The notes beneath the pieces are model-generated. The model did not search any database and was not told the origin of the DNA. It worked only from the letters and a program-made list of their open reading frames with translations. A program made the translations under genes and the position numbers. From Eledone cirrhosa (taxonomy: Eukaryota), in assembly GCA_964016885.1 (NCBI GenBank), contig OZ024740.1, forward strand, positions 104,718,001-104,782,000: 64,000 bases of DNA. The letters run 5' to 3'. Below, piece by piece: positions 52,751-64,000 of this stretch (position 1 is the first letter of the stretch; the number at the start of each line of letters is the position of its first letter).

Positions 52751-53509
52751 ATAATATAAATATAAACTAATCAAGGACTTTATCTGGCTCTACCCAGTGT
52801 ATTTTGGGTAAATTACTTTCAAAAGATGATGACAGTCTTCAGTTGATCTAAGAATGTTGATTCATAGAGGAATTTTGCAGTCAAGGCATTCAGAAGATGG
52901 TTCAAGTTGAGGTTTAAAAAAATGAGTAAAATTTCAGTTACTTAGGTACAAAAGTGTGACCTACAACTTGGATCATACATAGACATTTATATATTAAAAA
53001 GATAGATACATATTTCAATTAAATCTGATACCGCATCTCCATCAAATGAATCTGTCAGTACTCTTCATTCATTTAGAATTGCTGCTGAAAATGTGATTTC
53101 TCGCATGTACATGATTATGTTAACATCATTATAATATCACAATTTATTTCCAAATTCCAAGGTCTCAATGAGAACAAACTTGGAAATTGATGGATAGAAT
53201 TCAACAATATCAAGCTGGATGAATTTACATCTATTTTTGCTAAGCCAGTTAACTACTGTGCAAATGTTATTTCATTGTTTTTATCTACTGGCATTTCTAA
53301 TTTTGACATTCATGCAGCTAAATATATGTTTTTTTCCAGCTCAGTTTTCACAGGGTTCATTTGCTTACATTTGTTGTTGTAAAGTTCTCCTTGTACCTTT
53401 TAGTACAACCTAATGACAGCATCTATTTTACTAAGTAACTGTTTGATATATATATGTTTAGTGGAATAGGTAGCTTTTCATACCGTCAATCTCCTCTTGG
53501 TTGCATTAA

Positions 53510-53719
53510 CCCATTAGCATTTAAACTGACTGTATCCTGCCAGAATTCTCTCACCTCTTTCTGTTCAAACTGGCTGTAACCGGCTACTCATACTGATGTT
53601 AAGGTATTGTTCTCAAAATAAATAATATCAAGATCTCATAGATTCGAAATTATGTGAGGTAAAGCCTTTACCGCCAAAATACAATAGTATATATATAGAG
53701 TAATGTAAATACTAAAGGG
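53510..53719. mobile_element. TTAA-flanked piggyBac-type MITE
   Basis: TTAA-cccattagcattta...taaatactaaaggg-TTAA; inverted sibling at 57466-57686. Confidence 0.75.
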
Positions 53720-53790
53720 TTAAATGTGTCTGCTTCACTCTTCTTAATCTAGCAAACATCCTTGGACAAGAGAAGCAATCTTCTGGTGTG

Positions 53791-53978
53791 CCGGTGAATT
53801 GGCAGTATCGGTAGAGGGTCGGACATGCTTTCCAGCATAGTTACGTCCCTTTTCGACCTGAGTTCAAATCCCGCCGAGGTTAACTTTGCCTTTCATCCAT
53901 ACGGGGGTCGTTAAAATAAAGTACTAGTAATGTACTGGGTAATTGCTGGCCTTGTGCCAAAAGTAGAAACAATTATTA
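53791..53978 (+). mobile_element. tRNA-derived SINE, second family, full length
   Basis: A box tggcagtatcgg, B box gagttcaaatcc, conserved central domain, tail gtgccaaaagtagaaacaattatt. Confidence 0.82.
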
Positions 53979-54649
53979 TCTACAGTTTAATGTCTGTATG
54001 TGCTTTTTTTTTCTCAAGTGGGTAACTATTATGAGGATTAGGAAGATTGATGGGAGATAGTTAACAACATTGAATTGTATGAATCTGCAGTTATTTTACT
54101 CTTTAGCACTATTAAACTAATTAATGCTGACCATATTGCAGTTTCATAGGTTACATTTGTAGATTGCATGACAGATTATGTCTGGGTCACTTTATGTGCA
54201 ATTTATGAGTCTAAATGAGTTGTTAAAATTGTTTTTATGGTTTTTGAGTGTGATTAAGGTTTTATTTTCTTTTTTAAATTTGTTGGGCGAGATATTTTAG
54301 TTTGTCTTAGATTTTTTTGGTCTTTTACTAGATTATGCTTTTGTGTCATAATATATTTTTTGTAGCATTTTGTGATATTGTTGTGCAATAGGTTGGTGAA
54401 AGTGTCTTTGTTTATATCATATGGGTTCATTGCTTTATTGGTGATTATTAATATGATTCTGAAGAATTAATGATATTTAAGTAGGGTGGTGAATTAGCAA
54501 AGTCATTAGAACATAGGACAAAATGCCTTGCAGTTATCTGAATTCTGAGTTCAAAACCTACTTAGGTTAACTTTGGTTTTCATCTTTGTCCAACCTATGC
54601 AAACATTAAAAGAGGATGTGGATGTAAAACAACTATGATGAGGATAGGC

Positions 54650-55537
54650 TAAGCTTATTTTGTATCATTTGCCTGGCCTTATTGCCAACGTATGATCTGA
54701 TTAAAAAATTGCCAAAGACATCATGTGCGCAAGAACTAAAGGAACTTGCATTTTTTCAAATGTGATTGGTCCCCCTGCTTTCAATGATTTATTGTCTAAA
54801 CTAAATTCAGCAAAATTCTCTGTTGTTGTAGATAAAACAATCGACATCTCAACCAACAAACTACTTGTTCTAGTAGCAAGATATTACAACTCAAAGACTA
54901 TGGATGAGTTTTTGACACTTCTGGAAATTAAAGACTGCAGTGCACTTGGTGTTTATAATAGTCTACAATAATTTTTCATTGAAAATAATATTTCTTGAAA
55001 ACTTAATTAAATTCGCCAGTGATAATGCCAGTGTTATGATGGGACACAAAGGAGGAGTTCAACGTATGTTGAAGCAGAAAAATCATACATCATAATAGAC
55101 GCCTTTCTATTTTAAGGTATGTAGATACCTTTAAATAGAAGACATCTATTATAGTGCCACTGCAGAAAGTATTTTGATAGAAAACTGTCCTACCATTTCC
55201 CAAAAGGAGTTACAATAATTTTGAGTAAAAATGTTGAGTTTCTTTGTGTGCTTTTCAAAACAAATGATGCAACACTTCATGTGATATATTTACAAATTTA
55301 GAGCTACCTGATGCTTTAGACCTGACAGATGTTACTGAAGGTAAATCAAAATTGATCATACATTGGCAATAACAGTTTCCAACTTTGTGCATGAAGACCA
55401 ATATGAACAAATAGAGAATGGAGGGAATTTTTTTTTTTTTTAATATTGTTTATTTGGATTTGGTATGCTTTTGTATATTTTGGTACTTATAAACAAAGTT
55501 TTTGGTACTATTGAGAAAAAAAGTTTTGGCAGCCCTG
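54650..55537 (+). mobile_element. hAT transposase remnant with right TIR
   Basis: CARTK..FSVVVDKTIDISTNKLLVLVARYY..FASDNASVMMGHKGGV; terminal ttggcagccctg at 55526-55537. Confidence 0.8.
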
Positions 55538-56109
55538 GTTGTAACCAGCAGACAATATCAATACTGGAAAAACTAATGGACATATAGTTTCATGGTTTTG
55601 ATCTAATGATCATCTCCTTTCATCTTTATTGTTGAAGAAGACCTACCATTTCATCTCTTTATTTCAAGTTCTATTTTTTATTTCTTTGAGAGACTTGTGA
55701 TAACATTTCTGTGGTGAGATTGATATGTTCATCATGGAATACTTTATTATTCTGTATTTTCTGTGTTTATGTGTGTGTGTTTTTTTTATATTGGCAGAGG
55801 TCAAGTGTGTGAGAGTAGTAGGGATAGTGATATCCTGACTGACTACCATTCCATTTCATTATTTCAGACTTATTGGGGAGTATGGTTAACTAACATTGAC
55901 TCCTATGAAAGCTTTAGATATGAGTAAATAATCTGGTTTACCGACATACAATGGTAGCAGACTCTACACACTTCTAACACAACTGTGTATTGAGCACTTT
56001 GTGTTTTTAAACAAAAATAGAAACCAAGAAATATATATGAATGTATATATATATATATATGTGAATGTATAAGGATACCGATATATGAATGTATGTATGT
56101 GTATGTAGA

Positions 56110-56925
56110 AGTTCAGTTCGCAACCGCTTTGTTCTAGGTTCGGTCCTGCTACATGACATCTTGAAGGAAAAGGCCCCTGGACAGTAAAAAGTTGACAGGA
56201 CATGTGTAGGCTAGAGAGAAATGAAGCTACCATGCTTTGTTGGATGTGCAATGAAATCCGAAATGGTATGCAAGGGAGAAGACTGTGTTGGTACAGAGAC
56301 GTGATGTGCATGGACGATGATCGGTATGTGAAGAAGTGCCAGGAAGTTGCAGTAGGGGAAAGCCAAGGAAGACCTGGGCAGCGGTGGTAAGAACTCATCT
56401 CAAATTACTGAAACTCATAGGGATGACGAAGGGACGTGGTGAGTGGAAAGATGTGCTGAAAAGGACCTCTCTAACCCATGCGAGTATGGAAAAAAAAAAT
56501 ATATATATATATATATCTTACTATCATCATTTTACATCCGTTTTTCCATACTCGCATGGGTTAGAGAGGTCCTTTTCAGCACATCTTTCCACTCACCACG
56601 TCCCTTCGTCATCCCTATGAGTTTCAGTAATTTGAGATGAGTTCTTACCACCTCTGCCCAGGTCTTCCTTGGCTTTCCCCTACTGCAACTTCCTGGCACT
56701 TCTTCACATACCGATCATCGTCCATGCACATCACGTCTCTGTACCAACACAGTCTTCTCCCTTGCATACCATTTCGGATTTCATTGCACATCCAACAAAG
56801 CATGGTAGCTTCATTTCTCTCTAGCCTACACATGTCCTGTCAACTTTTTACTGCCCTGGGGCCTTTTCCTTCAAGATGTCATGTAGCAGGACCGAATCTA
56901 GAACCATGCGGTTACGAAGTGAACT
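56110..56925. repeat. Tail-to-tail inverted duplication (about 385-bp arms) of a SINE-head/RTE-3' chimera
   Basis: Identical ORF translations at 56202-56390(+) and 56645-56833(-); spacer is an A/(TA)n tract. Confidence 0.93.
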
Positions 56926-56947
56926 CCTCAACTCCACTGCCATGCCT

Positions 56948-56984
<37 letters not shown>

Positions 56985-57290
56985 AAGATTAATAAGTATG
57001 CAGACCTTCGAGACACTATTAGAACTGGGCACCATGTAAAGGCAGAAGTCATGCCAATCGTCATTGGGGTACTAGGTATGGTCCCTCAACATCTTACATC
57101 TTTCATCAAAAGCCTAGGGATCTCTGACTTCAAAAAAAGTGCCCAAATTTCTACCATCACTAGCACTGCCAGATAACTGCGCGATATATTGAGCCTCTGA
57201 GATGAGGGACTAATCGGAGGCCAATTAACGTGTTTTACCTAGCAATTGATTGAGAGAGAAAACTTAGATAAGGAAAAAGAAATTATTATT
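56985..57290 (+). mobile_element. Dong/R4-type (restriction-like endonuclease) LINE 3' end in a (TAT)n tract
   Basis: KINKYADLRDTI..AEVMPIVIGVLGMVPQHL..TAQILRDILSL* (56985-57200); (att)n on both sides. Confidence 0.8.
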
Positions 57291-57465
57291 ATAATGAACT
57301 TATTTACTTGCACGTATAAGTATAAGGATTACTACCGTCACAATATTTCAACCACTATGTTTTGTAATTTTCCTTGAATTTTGAACCTATTCCTCTATAT
57401 GCAGGTAGATTGATCTTGTTTTTTTTTGAGGTTTTAGTTCCTTGTCATGATCTTTTTCCACTTAA

Positions 57466-57686
57466 CCCTTTAGCATTTACATTACTCTATATTTACTATT
57501 ATATTTTCACAGTAAAGGCTTTACCTCACATAATTATCTCACATAATATCGAATCTATGAGATTTTGATGTTATTTATTTTGAGAACAATACCTTAATAA
57601 AAGTATGAGTTGCCAGTTACAGCCGGTTTAAACAGAAAGAGGTGAGAGAATTCTGGCACGATACGGCCGGTTTAAATCCTAAAGGG
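57466..57686. mobile_element. TTAA-flanked piggyBac-type MITE
   Basis: TTAA-ccctttagcattta ... taaatcctaaaggg-TTAA. Confidence 0.75.
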
Positions 57687-58674
57687 TTAAACTGGAGCAC
57701 ATGCAGATACAATAAACATTACTAATATAAGTGTTGGTTGAGTGTCTCAATTTACTTAGTGGGTGTGAATCTAGCCATTGAAATATTATAATATATAATC
57801 TCTCTCTATATAAAATTCTTTATCTCTGTCATTTCCTTATGCATTCTCAAACGGTTCGACCAAATCAAATCAAATTTTACAAGGTATTAGACCCCGGGAT
57901 TAGCAACATGTAATTTTTATTTTCATTTGGATTAAAACAATATAACAGTTTATCTAAAATATTCTATTATAGTCAACAATAAGTAAATGGACATTTTATA
58001 ACATGACGACGTCACATTTTGTAAATGAGTGTGTGTGTTTGCGTGTTCGTTACATACGGTAGGCCTTAGTAAGTTACATACACACATCTTCACGTAAATA
58101 TTTAATCAGATACACAGAGAATTAAACGCACACACACATCTACACTTACATATATATATGTGATGACTGACTAATATATGTGTGTGAGTGTATGTGCGAG
58201 TGAGTATACATACATTTCTGTGACGACTGACATAATGAAACACTGTATGAATGTATGTGTTTTTTTTATAAGTTTGTGTGTGTGTATGTGTGTCTGTTCG
58301 TGGTTGAAACTCTGTGTTTGTAAGAATGTATGTCTGTGTGTGTTTTTTATAAGTGTATGTGTGAGTGCATGTGTGTCTGTTCATTTACATTTATATTCTC
58401 ATACCGTTAAATTAACAGTTAATACATTTGCTTATATTTGGTTAATTTGCTTTGTGTATGGCAATAAGATAATGAATTTGTGTTTTTGCAACATGTTTAT
58501 TTTATGTTGGGAAAAATGTCAATGTAGTTGTCTTGAATTTCAGACAAGGAATTGCTCTAATAATGTAACTTGTTGCATGGAAATTGACTTTTAATAGTAG
58601 AAGTCATGAATATGTTTTAGATAAAATCTCATCTTCAGACAGTGTAACTTTAATTGTTATTGAAGGGAATGTCA

Positions 58675-58726
58675 CTCTTCGCGGGGCTCCAGGAACGTAT
58701 CCCCCGTGACTACCGGGGGACAACTG
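58675..58726 (-). mobile_element. Tigger/pogo-like terminal sequence (single end)
   Basis: TA-cagttgtcccccggtagtcacgggggatacgttcctggagccccgcgaa resembles MER2/Tigger termini. Confidence 0.6.
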
Positions 58727-59101
58727 TATGTATAAATATAGTTCTACTAAATATATATATATATTTAGTAGAACTATGAACAAAAACCTTCTAGTCGTCA
58801 CCATCTCTCATTTTATGAGTAGCACACTATTTTATACCAACAAGAAAAATTTGTCTACTATTTCTAGCAGACCAAGTGACTTCATAGAGGCCCCTTTGTT
58901 GGACCCGCGTGTTTAATGTTACTCGGTTAGAGGGGGGGGGGGGTTCTATAACTGTATTTGCGTGTAAAAGCGTGGGAGTAGAAGATGTGTGCGTGTCGGG
59001 ATGGGGAGGGTGTTCAATCTTAACCTGTATTGTGTCTACTCAGCTGCTGTAATGGTAGTAGTGGCGGTGATATTTGTAAGGAAGGGAGGGGGAGCTCCAT
59101 T

Positions 59102-59150
<49 letters not shown>

Positions 59151-59480
59151 TGTGTGTGTGTGTCAGGTGCGGGGAGTGAGTCAGCTCAGTGGAGCCAGCC
59201 ATTACAAGAGATCACGCCACTTTAGCTACCACGGCAACCAGATCTGCTGTTTTCTCTTGTTCCGAATTGCACCTTGGTAACCACCCACTGCACCCCTCCT
59301 CCTTCGCTCTCTCACTCTCCCACTTTCCTCTCTCACTCTTGTCGCGTCAGTGTCTTTCTTCCCTGTCCTCCCTCTCTACCTGACTACCCCACGCACACCT
59401 ACACACACCTCACCTGTCTACTATTTTCATGTCTCTCTCTATCTGTCTTATGTGTTTGTCTTTGTATTCGCTTTCACTCT

Positions 59481-59656
<176 letters not shown>

Positions 59657-59750
59657 CAGCACGACACTCCTAAAGTATAACTATATATATATATATCGTT
59701 TCTGAATTTGTTTAGCAAGATTCTTTATCTGAAAACGTGTGTTGAAACCG

Positions 59751-60095
59751 ATATTGTTATACTTTGGGAGGGTCATGTTGCCAATAAGAAACACACGCAC
59801 CAGTTGCTTTCACTCCAATTTATTATAAATTAAATTTATAAATTTAAGAAATTTATAAATTTCCGGTTGGTTAGTTGGTTCCAAACAAAGAGAAGAATCC
59901 CCAGTCCCTGAAGCGGTCACAGAATGTGTGACGAAAGAACTTTGACAATATATGAACAACCGTCCGGTTGTGGAACCAACCAATGAACCGGAAATTTATA
60001 ATTTTTTTAAATTTATAAATTTAATTTATAATAAATTGGAGTGAAAGCAACTGGTGCGTGTGTTTCTTATTGGCAACATGACCCTCTCAAAGTAT

Positions 60096-60103
<8 letters not shown>
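59751..60103. repeat. Inverted repeat (about 135-bp arms) with a hammerhead-like motif in the spacer
   Basis: Arms about 59751-59885 and 59970-60103; spacer gtcc-CTGAAGC-ggtcaca gaatg tgtgac-GAAA-gaac. Confidence 0.85.
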
Positions 60104-60164
<61 letters not shown>

Positions 60165-60301
60165 AAGCACAACACTCCCAAAGTATATATATATAAAAAA
60201 ACATACCTTATCAGTTGAATATTCCTTGGGTACCCAAGGAATATTCAACTGATAAGGTATGATTTTCCTTGGCTATGTCAAAATTTATAAAACACTCTTT
60301 G

Positions 60302-60365
60302 TATTTTATCTGATGAAAGCGTACCAAAGTTTTTTTGGTACCCTTGAAATATATATAATAGAATA
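60302..60365 (+). ncRNA. Type-I hammerhead ribozyme
   Basis: tattttat-CTGATGA-aagcgtacca..tggtaccctt-GAAA-tatata-TA-atagaata; preceded by a perfect 60-bp palindrome at 60202-60261. Confidence 0.85.
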
Positions 60366-63280
60366 AATATGGTTTTATAAATATAGTTTCCATTTATTTA
60401 ATATCATTGAATATTTACTCCAGAAATTTGTCGAGTGCTCTAAATCAGTTGTAAACATTTATATTTGTTGGATTTCCAACAAATTAAATATCCCTTCTAC
60501 TTATATATAAATATATATTTAGAGAGAGAGCGACAGATTGTAAGTCAGTCTATTTATCTCTTCTATCTATAACTGTCTGTCTGTTTAAGCTATATGTCTC
60601 TGTCTATCTATCGGTTTGTCTATCTCTATGTCTGTCGGTCTATCTATCAATAAGAAGAGTTTAGATTAATGCATGCAAGATTTCACAGCTCTAGCATCAC
60701 TCCTTCATTACCAGCCTATGAACTTTTCAGCTGACCCTCATAGTGTGTCTGAATGAATCTCTACAAAGTAGCTCAACCTGCTAGAAATAGCAGCACAATT
60801 TCCCTCATTTCACAGTCTTGATTGCCTATCTATGTATCAGTTTGTCTATCTATCTGTTGATCTGTCTGTATCTGTATTTATCTGCTTGTCTCTGTTAGTT
60901 TGTCAGGAAGTCATTTTTTTTATAATGATCTGAACCCTTCTTAAACTGTAATTGATTGACGGAGTAAATGTGTTAGTTTCATCCCATTAATATTGTGTTT
61001 GAACTGTTGTGTAACCCCAGGTCGCTCCTGAACAAGCAGACTTATGATCAAAGACATTCTAATGATGACCATCCTGACTTTTCCTTATATTCAGGGAAAC
61101 CAGAATTCCATCGTTCATTGTCAGAGTGTGAAATGAGGGATTGTGCTGCTATTTCTAGCAGGTCGAGCTACCTTGTAGAGATTCCTTCAGACACTAAGGT
61201 CGGCTGAAAAGTTCACGCATTAATTTCAACTCTTATTAATAACTGCATTGTTTCTTTCTAGGGACTCTGTTGAAAAATAAACCTCATTTGGTCATTGTAT
61301 CTTGGTCAACCTATGGACTTTTCAGCTGACTCTTGTAGCATAACTATATGGTTACCATGAAATGTCTTCACAGATTCTAAGGCCATACTATTTATATGGT
61401 CTTAGAAGGTTTTAATTATGTAGAGGCAGCAGTAGTGTGGTGGTGGGGATGTTCAACCCTAGTCCCAACCCTAATTTTACAGACATATCATTATCTAACC
61501 CCTTTTCACCTATTGTATCCTTAGATACCTTGTTTTGTATTTTGTTTTGTCTTTTTAAGACAGATACAACTTTAGGATTGTGAATTGGCTGATAGAATGT
61601 CGAATTGAATGCTTTACCATATTCATTCCAGCTCTCTGCTCTCAAAACCTGCTGAGATCAGCTTTGCCTTTTAATCTTTTGAGGTTGATAAAAAAAGTAC
61701 TGGTGTCAATTCTTCCTTTATTTATATTTCTCTGTCCTTTCCTGGAAGAAATCACTCTGGTTCAAAACTGGAGAGGAGATGGGTTTCACCAGGTTTATAT
61801 AAAGAGAGAGGAGTGGTGGTGGTGGTGGGGGGGGGGGAGGCAAATTAAATTAGAGGAGTTATATAGAGTATATGGATGAATGGTATATTGACAAACCTTA
61901 CCAAACATATAGACAAGTCCCATCAGGAGTTATGAGTCCACCCATTACCATATTTCTGATGAACTATTCTGCTTATATATTCCAATTAATTTTGAAGATA
62001 ATAACAATTTAGAGTGATTTAGTAAGATGGCTAATTTTGTTGCTAGTAAGCTGGTTTTGGAACATAGAATATTCTGAGATAGAATTATGATGAGTAGTCT
62101 TAATATAAATGTATTTTAAATGGGTGGTATTATATCATGAAACTTGGAGCAGTGTTGGGTGTGTTGGTATCAAAAGGGTTAAATGAAATTTTATCTTATT
62201 TTTAGCATCAACCAGCCATATAGGTGTTCCCTTCTTAGTTCATATTACTACAGGGTATATAGGGCTGGTACTAGTGGGAGACATTGCAGTTTTGTGAGAA
62301 CAGGAAAGAGTACTGCAGTGTCATTTAGTTGGCCTTTGATGACAGGAAATAGATTTTTGATTGACGAATGGAAGCTAAAAGCAAACTTAATTCTTTTCCA
62401 AATTATAAGGTGTGGCTGCAGGGTTAAGAAGTTCATCTCACAACTATGTGGCATTTGGTTCAATTTCTCTGTGCAGCAACTTGGACACATGTCTTTTATA
62501 GTATCAGACTGAATAAATCCTTGACAGTCAATTCTATAGATGAAAACTGTAAGGAAGCTAATGTGTGTACACACATGTATTGAAACAGTTCTATATGAGT
62601 AAGACACAGTTACCTGACCCAACTGGCCTCAAATGGGACAACCCATCTAACCCATGCTAGCGTGGAAAATGGACGTTAAACGATGATGATGATACACACA
62701 CACACACACATGATGTATATATGCTCGTATGCATTTATCTATGTGATAATGTTTAAAGTGAGTAGTGACATTTGTTTATGTCCCACCACAGCTTACAGTT
62801 CAACAGTGGTTGGTGGTAAAAACCAAGCTTAAAAATAATATATGGACTGTCATCAGGAAGGGTGTCCAAACATAGAAACTCTGCCTCAAAAACATCTCGT
62901 CCAACCTATGCCAACATAGAAAAGTAGATGTAAAAAGGATGAATCAAACTGGAATTGTATGAAGCCTTCTCAAAGCACTGGACAGGTAAAAGGTTTAGCT
63001 TATTAGGAATGTCATGAGGGCAGATAACCCAGAAAATATTGTTGGTCACTAGAAAAATCCCTAGAAAAAAGTTAAGTGGAAGACCTATAAAAAGACTGGA
63101 TTGATAACATAATGGAAATGGCAAGACTAATAAGAGCTGCAGAAAATTAAAATGAATGGAAAAGAATTGCCATTCAGGCAACCAGTCTTTGAGAAATGGC
63201 ATTTGTAAATGATGTTGACAACTCATGTTTATCATTCTTACCTTTATTAGCTTGTCCAACAGACAAACATTAGTTTAAAC

Positions 63281-63620
63281 CAAAGGTTCTCAACCCATTT
63301 CGGCCAAACGCCCCCTTTTGCCCCTCGAAATCACGAAACGCCCCCTATTTTTCCATTTTTCAATATAACACTGATTTTGATATCAGTAGATTACTGGGCC
63401 AAATCAAGTTATGTTAGAATCTTTAAAAAATACTCGTACGAATTAAATATAAAAAAGTTTCAGTCCAAAAAGCAAGCTATTTCAAATTATATATTTTTGA
63501 AAAATAGACGTGAATGTTATCAAAGATTTGATCTCAGTCGAAAAAACTTTTTTTTTTAAATTCTATATTTCACTATTAGCTGTTGTAATATTTTGAGTGG
63601 ATAGACAATTCTACAATTCA
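63281..63620 (+). mobile_element. hAT MITE left portion
   Basis: caaaggttctcaacc terminus like the 26592 element, with repeated aaacgccccc subterminal motifs; right end not identified. Confidence 0.55.
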
Positions 63621-64000
63621 AACTGTAAACTCAAAATACAAAAGATGCAAAATATGAAGAATTTCTTACCTTTCTCTTGAATCACAAACTCAAGGGAAAA
63701 ATAGTACCTTGCAAAATAAAGTGCCTCGATCACAAACTTAGTTGCAACGAATGAATTGAGATGCTTAGTGACAGTGAGCAAACAATATCTGTATCCCTTA
63801 TATCTATATACATAGATAAATACACACACATACACGCACACACTAACACACAAGCAAACGTGTGTGTGTTTGTGTGTGCCTTGTTTTTGGTACAGAAAGA
63901 ATTTTTTTTTTCCAGTTTTTATTGCCGAGTCAAAGGCCACTGCTCTTTTCAACAATGCCATATATTTAAAAGAGATGTGTGTTTGGTACACGTCTATCTA

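Noticed and set aside
52990-53330. Protein-like stretch (ASPSNESVSTLHSF)
   Set aside because: Short and stop-interrupted; possibly scrambled hAT C-terminal remnants, too degraded to call.
58600-58730. Exon-like GC-richer segment
   Set aside because: Better explained as a Tigger/pogo-like terminal repeat next to TA.

Overview
AT-rich, repeat-saturated animal DNA that is mostly intronic or intergenic. The SINE/LINE repertoire and the very abundant (TA)n, (CA)n, (CT)n and (CAT)n microsatellites suggest an octopod cephalopod, which is an inference. No intact multi-exon protein-coding gene can be assembled; most ORFs in the track come from microsatellites or decayed transposons. Recognisable elements are: decayed RTE-clade LINEs and tRNA-derived SINEs that share their 3' tail; a Penelope-like element (PLE) fragment; two mariners; a DD37D maT element; hAT, Helitron, CR1 and Dong/R4 remnants; and several MITE families. 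A CpG-richer, possibly bidirectional promoter with a signal-peptide-like first exon lies at about 28.1-28.5 kb. The most striking signal is a dozen or more minimal type-I hammerhead ribozyme (HHR) motifs (CTGANGA..stem II..GAAA-short palindromic stem III-TH). They sit in short non-coding elements in or beside (TA)n tracts. Many are built as near-perfect fold-back palindromes with 110-160 bp arms that encode an HHR on each strand, and others occur as tandem or direct repeats. This looks like a diverse set of non-autonomous PLE-derived or retrozyme-like elements. All structures were read by eye and no searches or folding programs were run.
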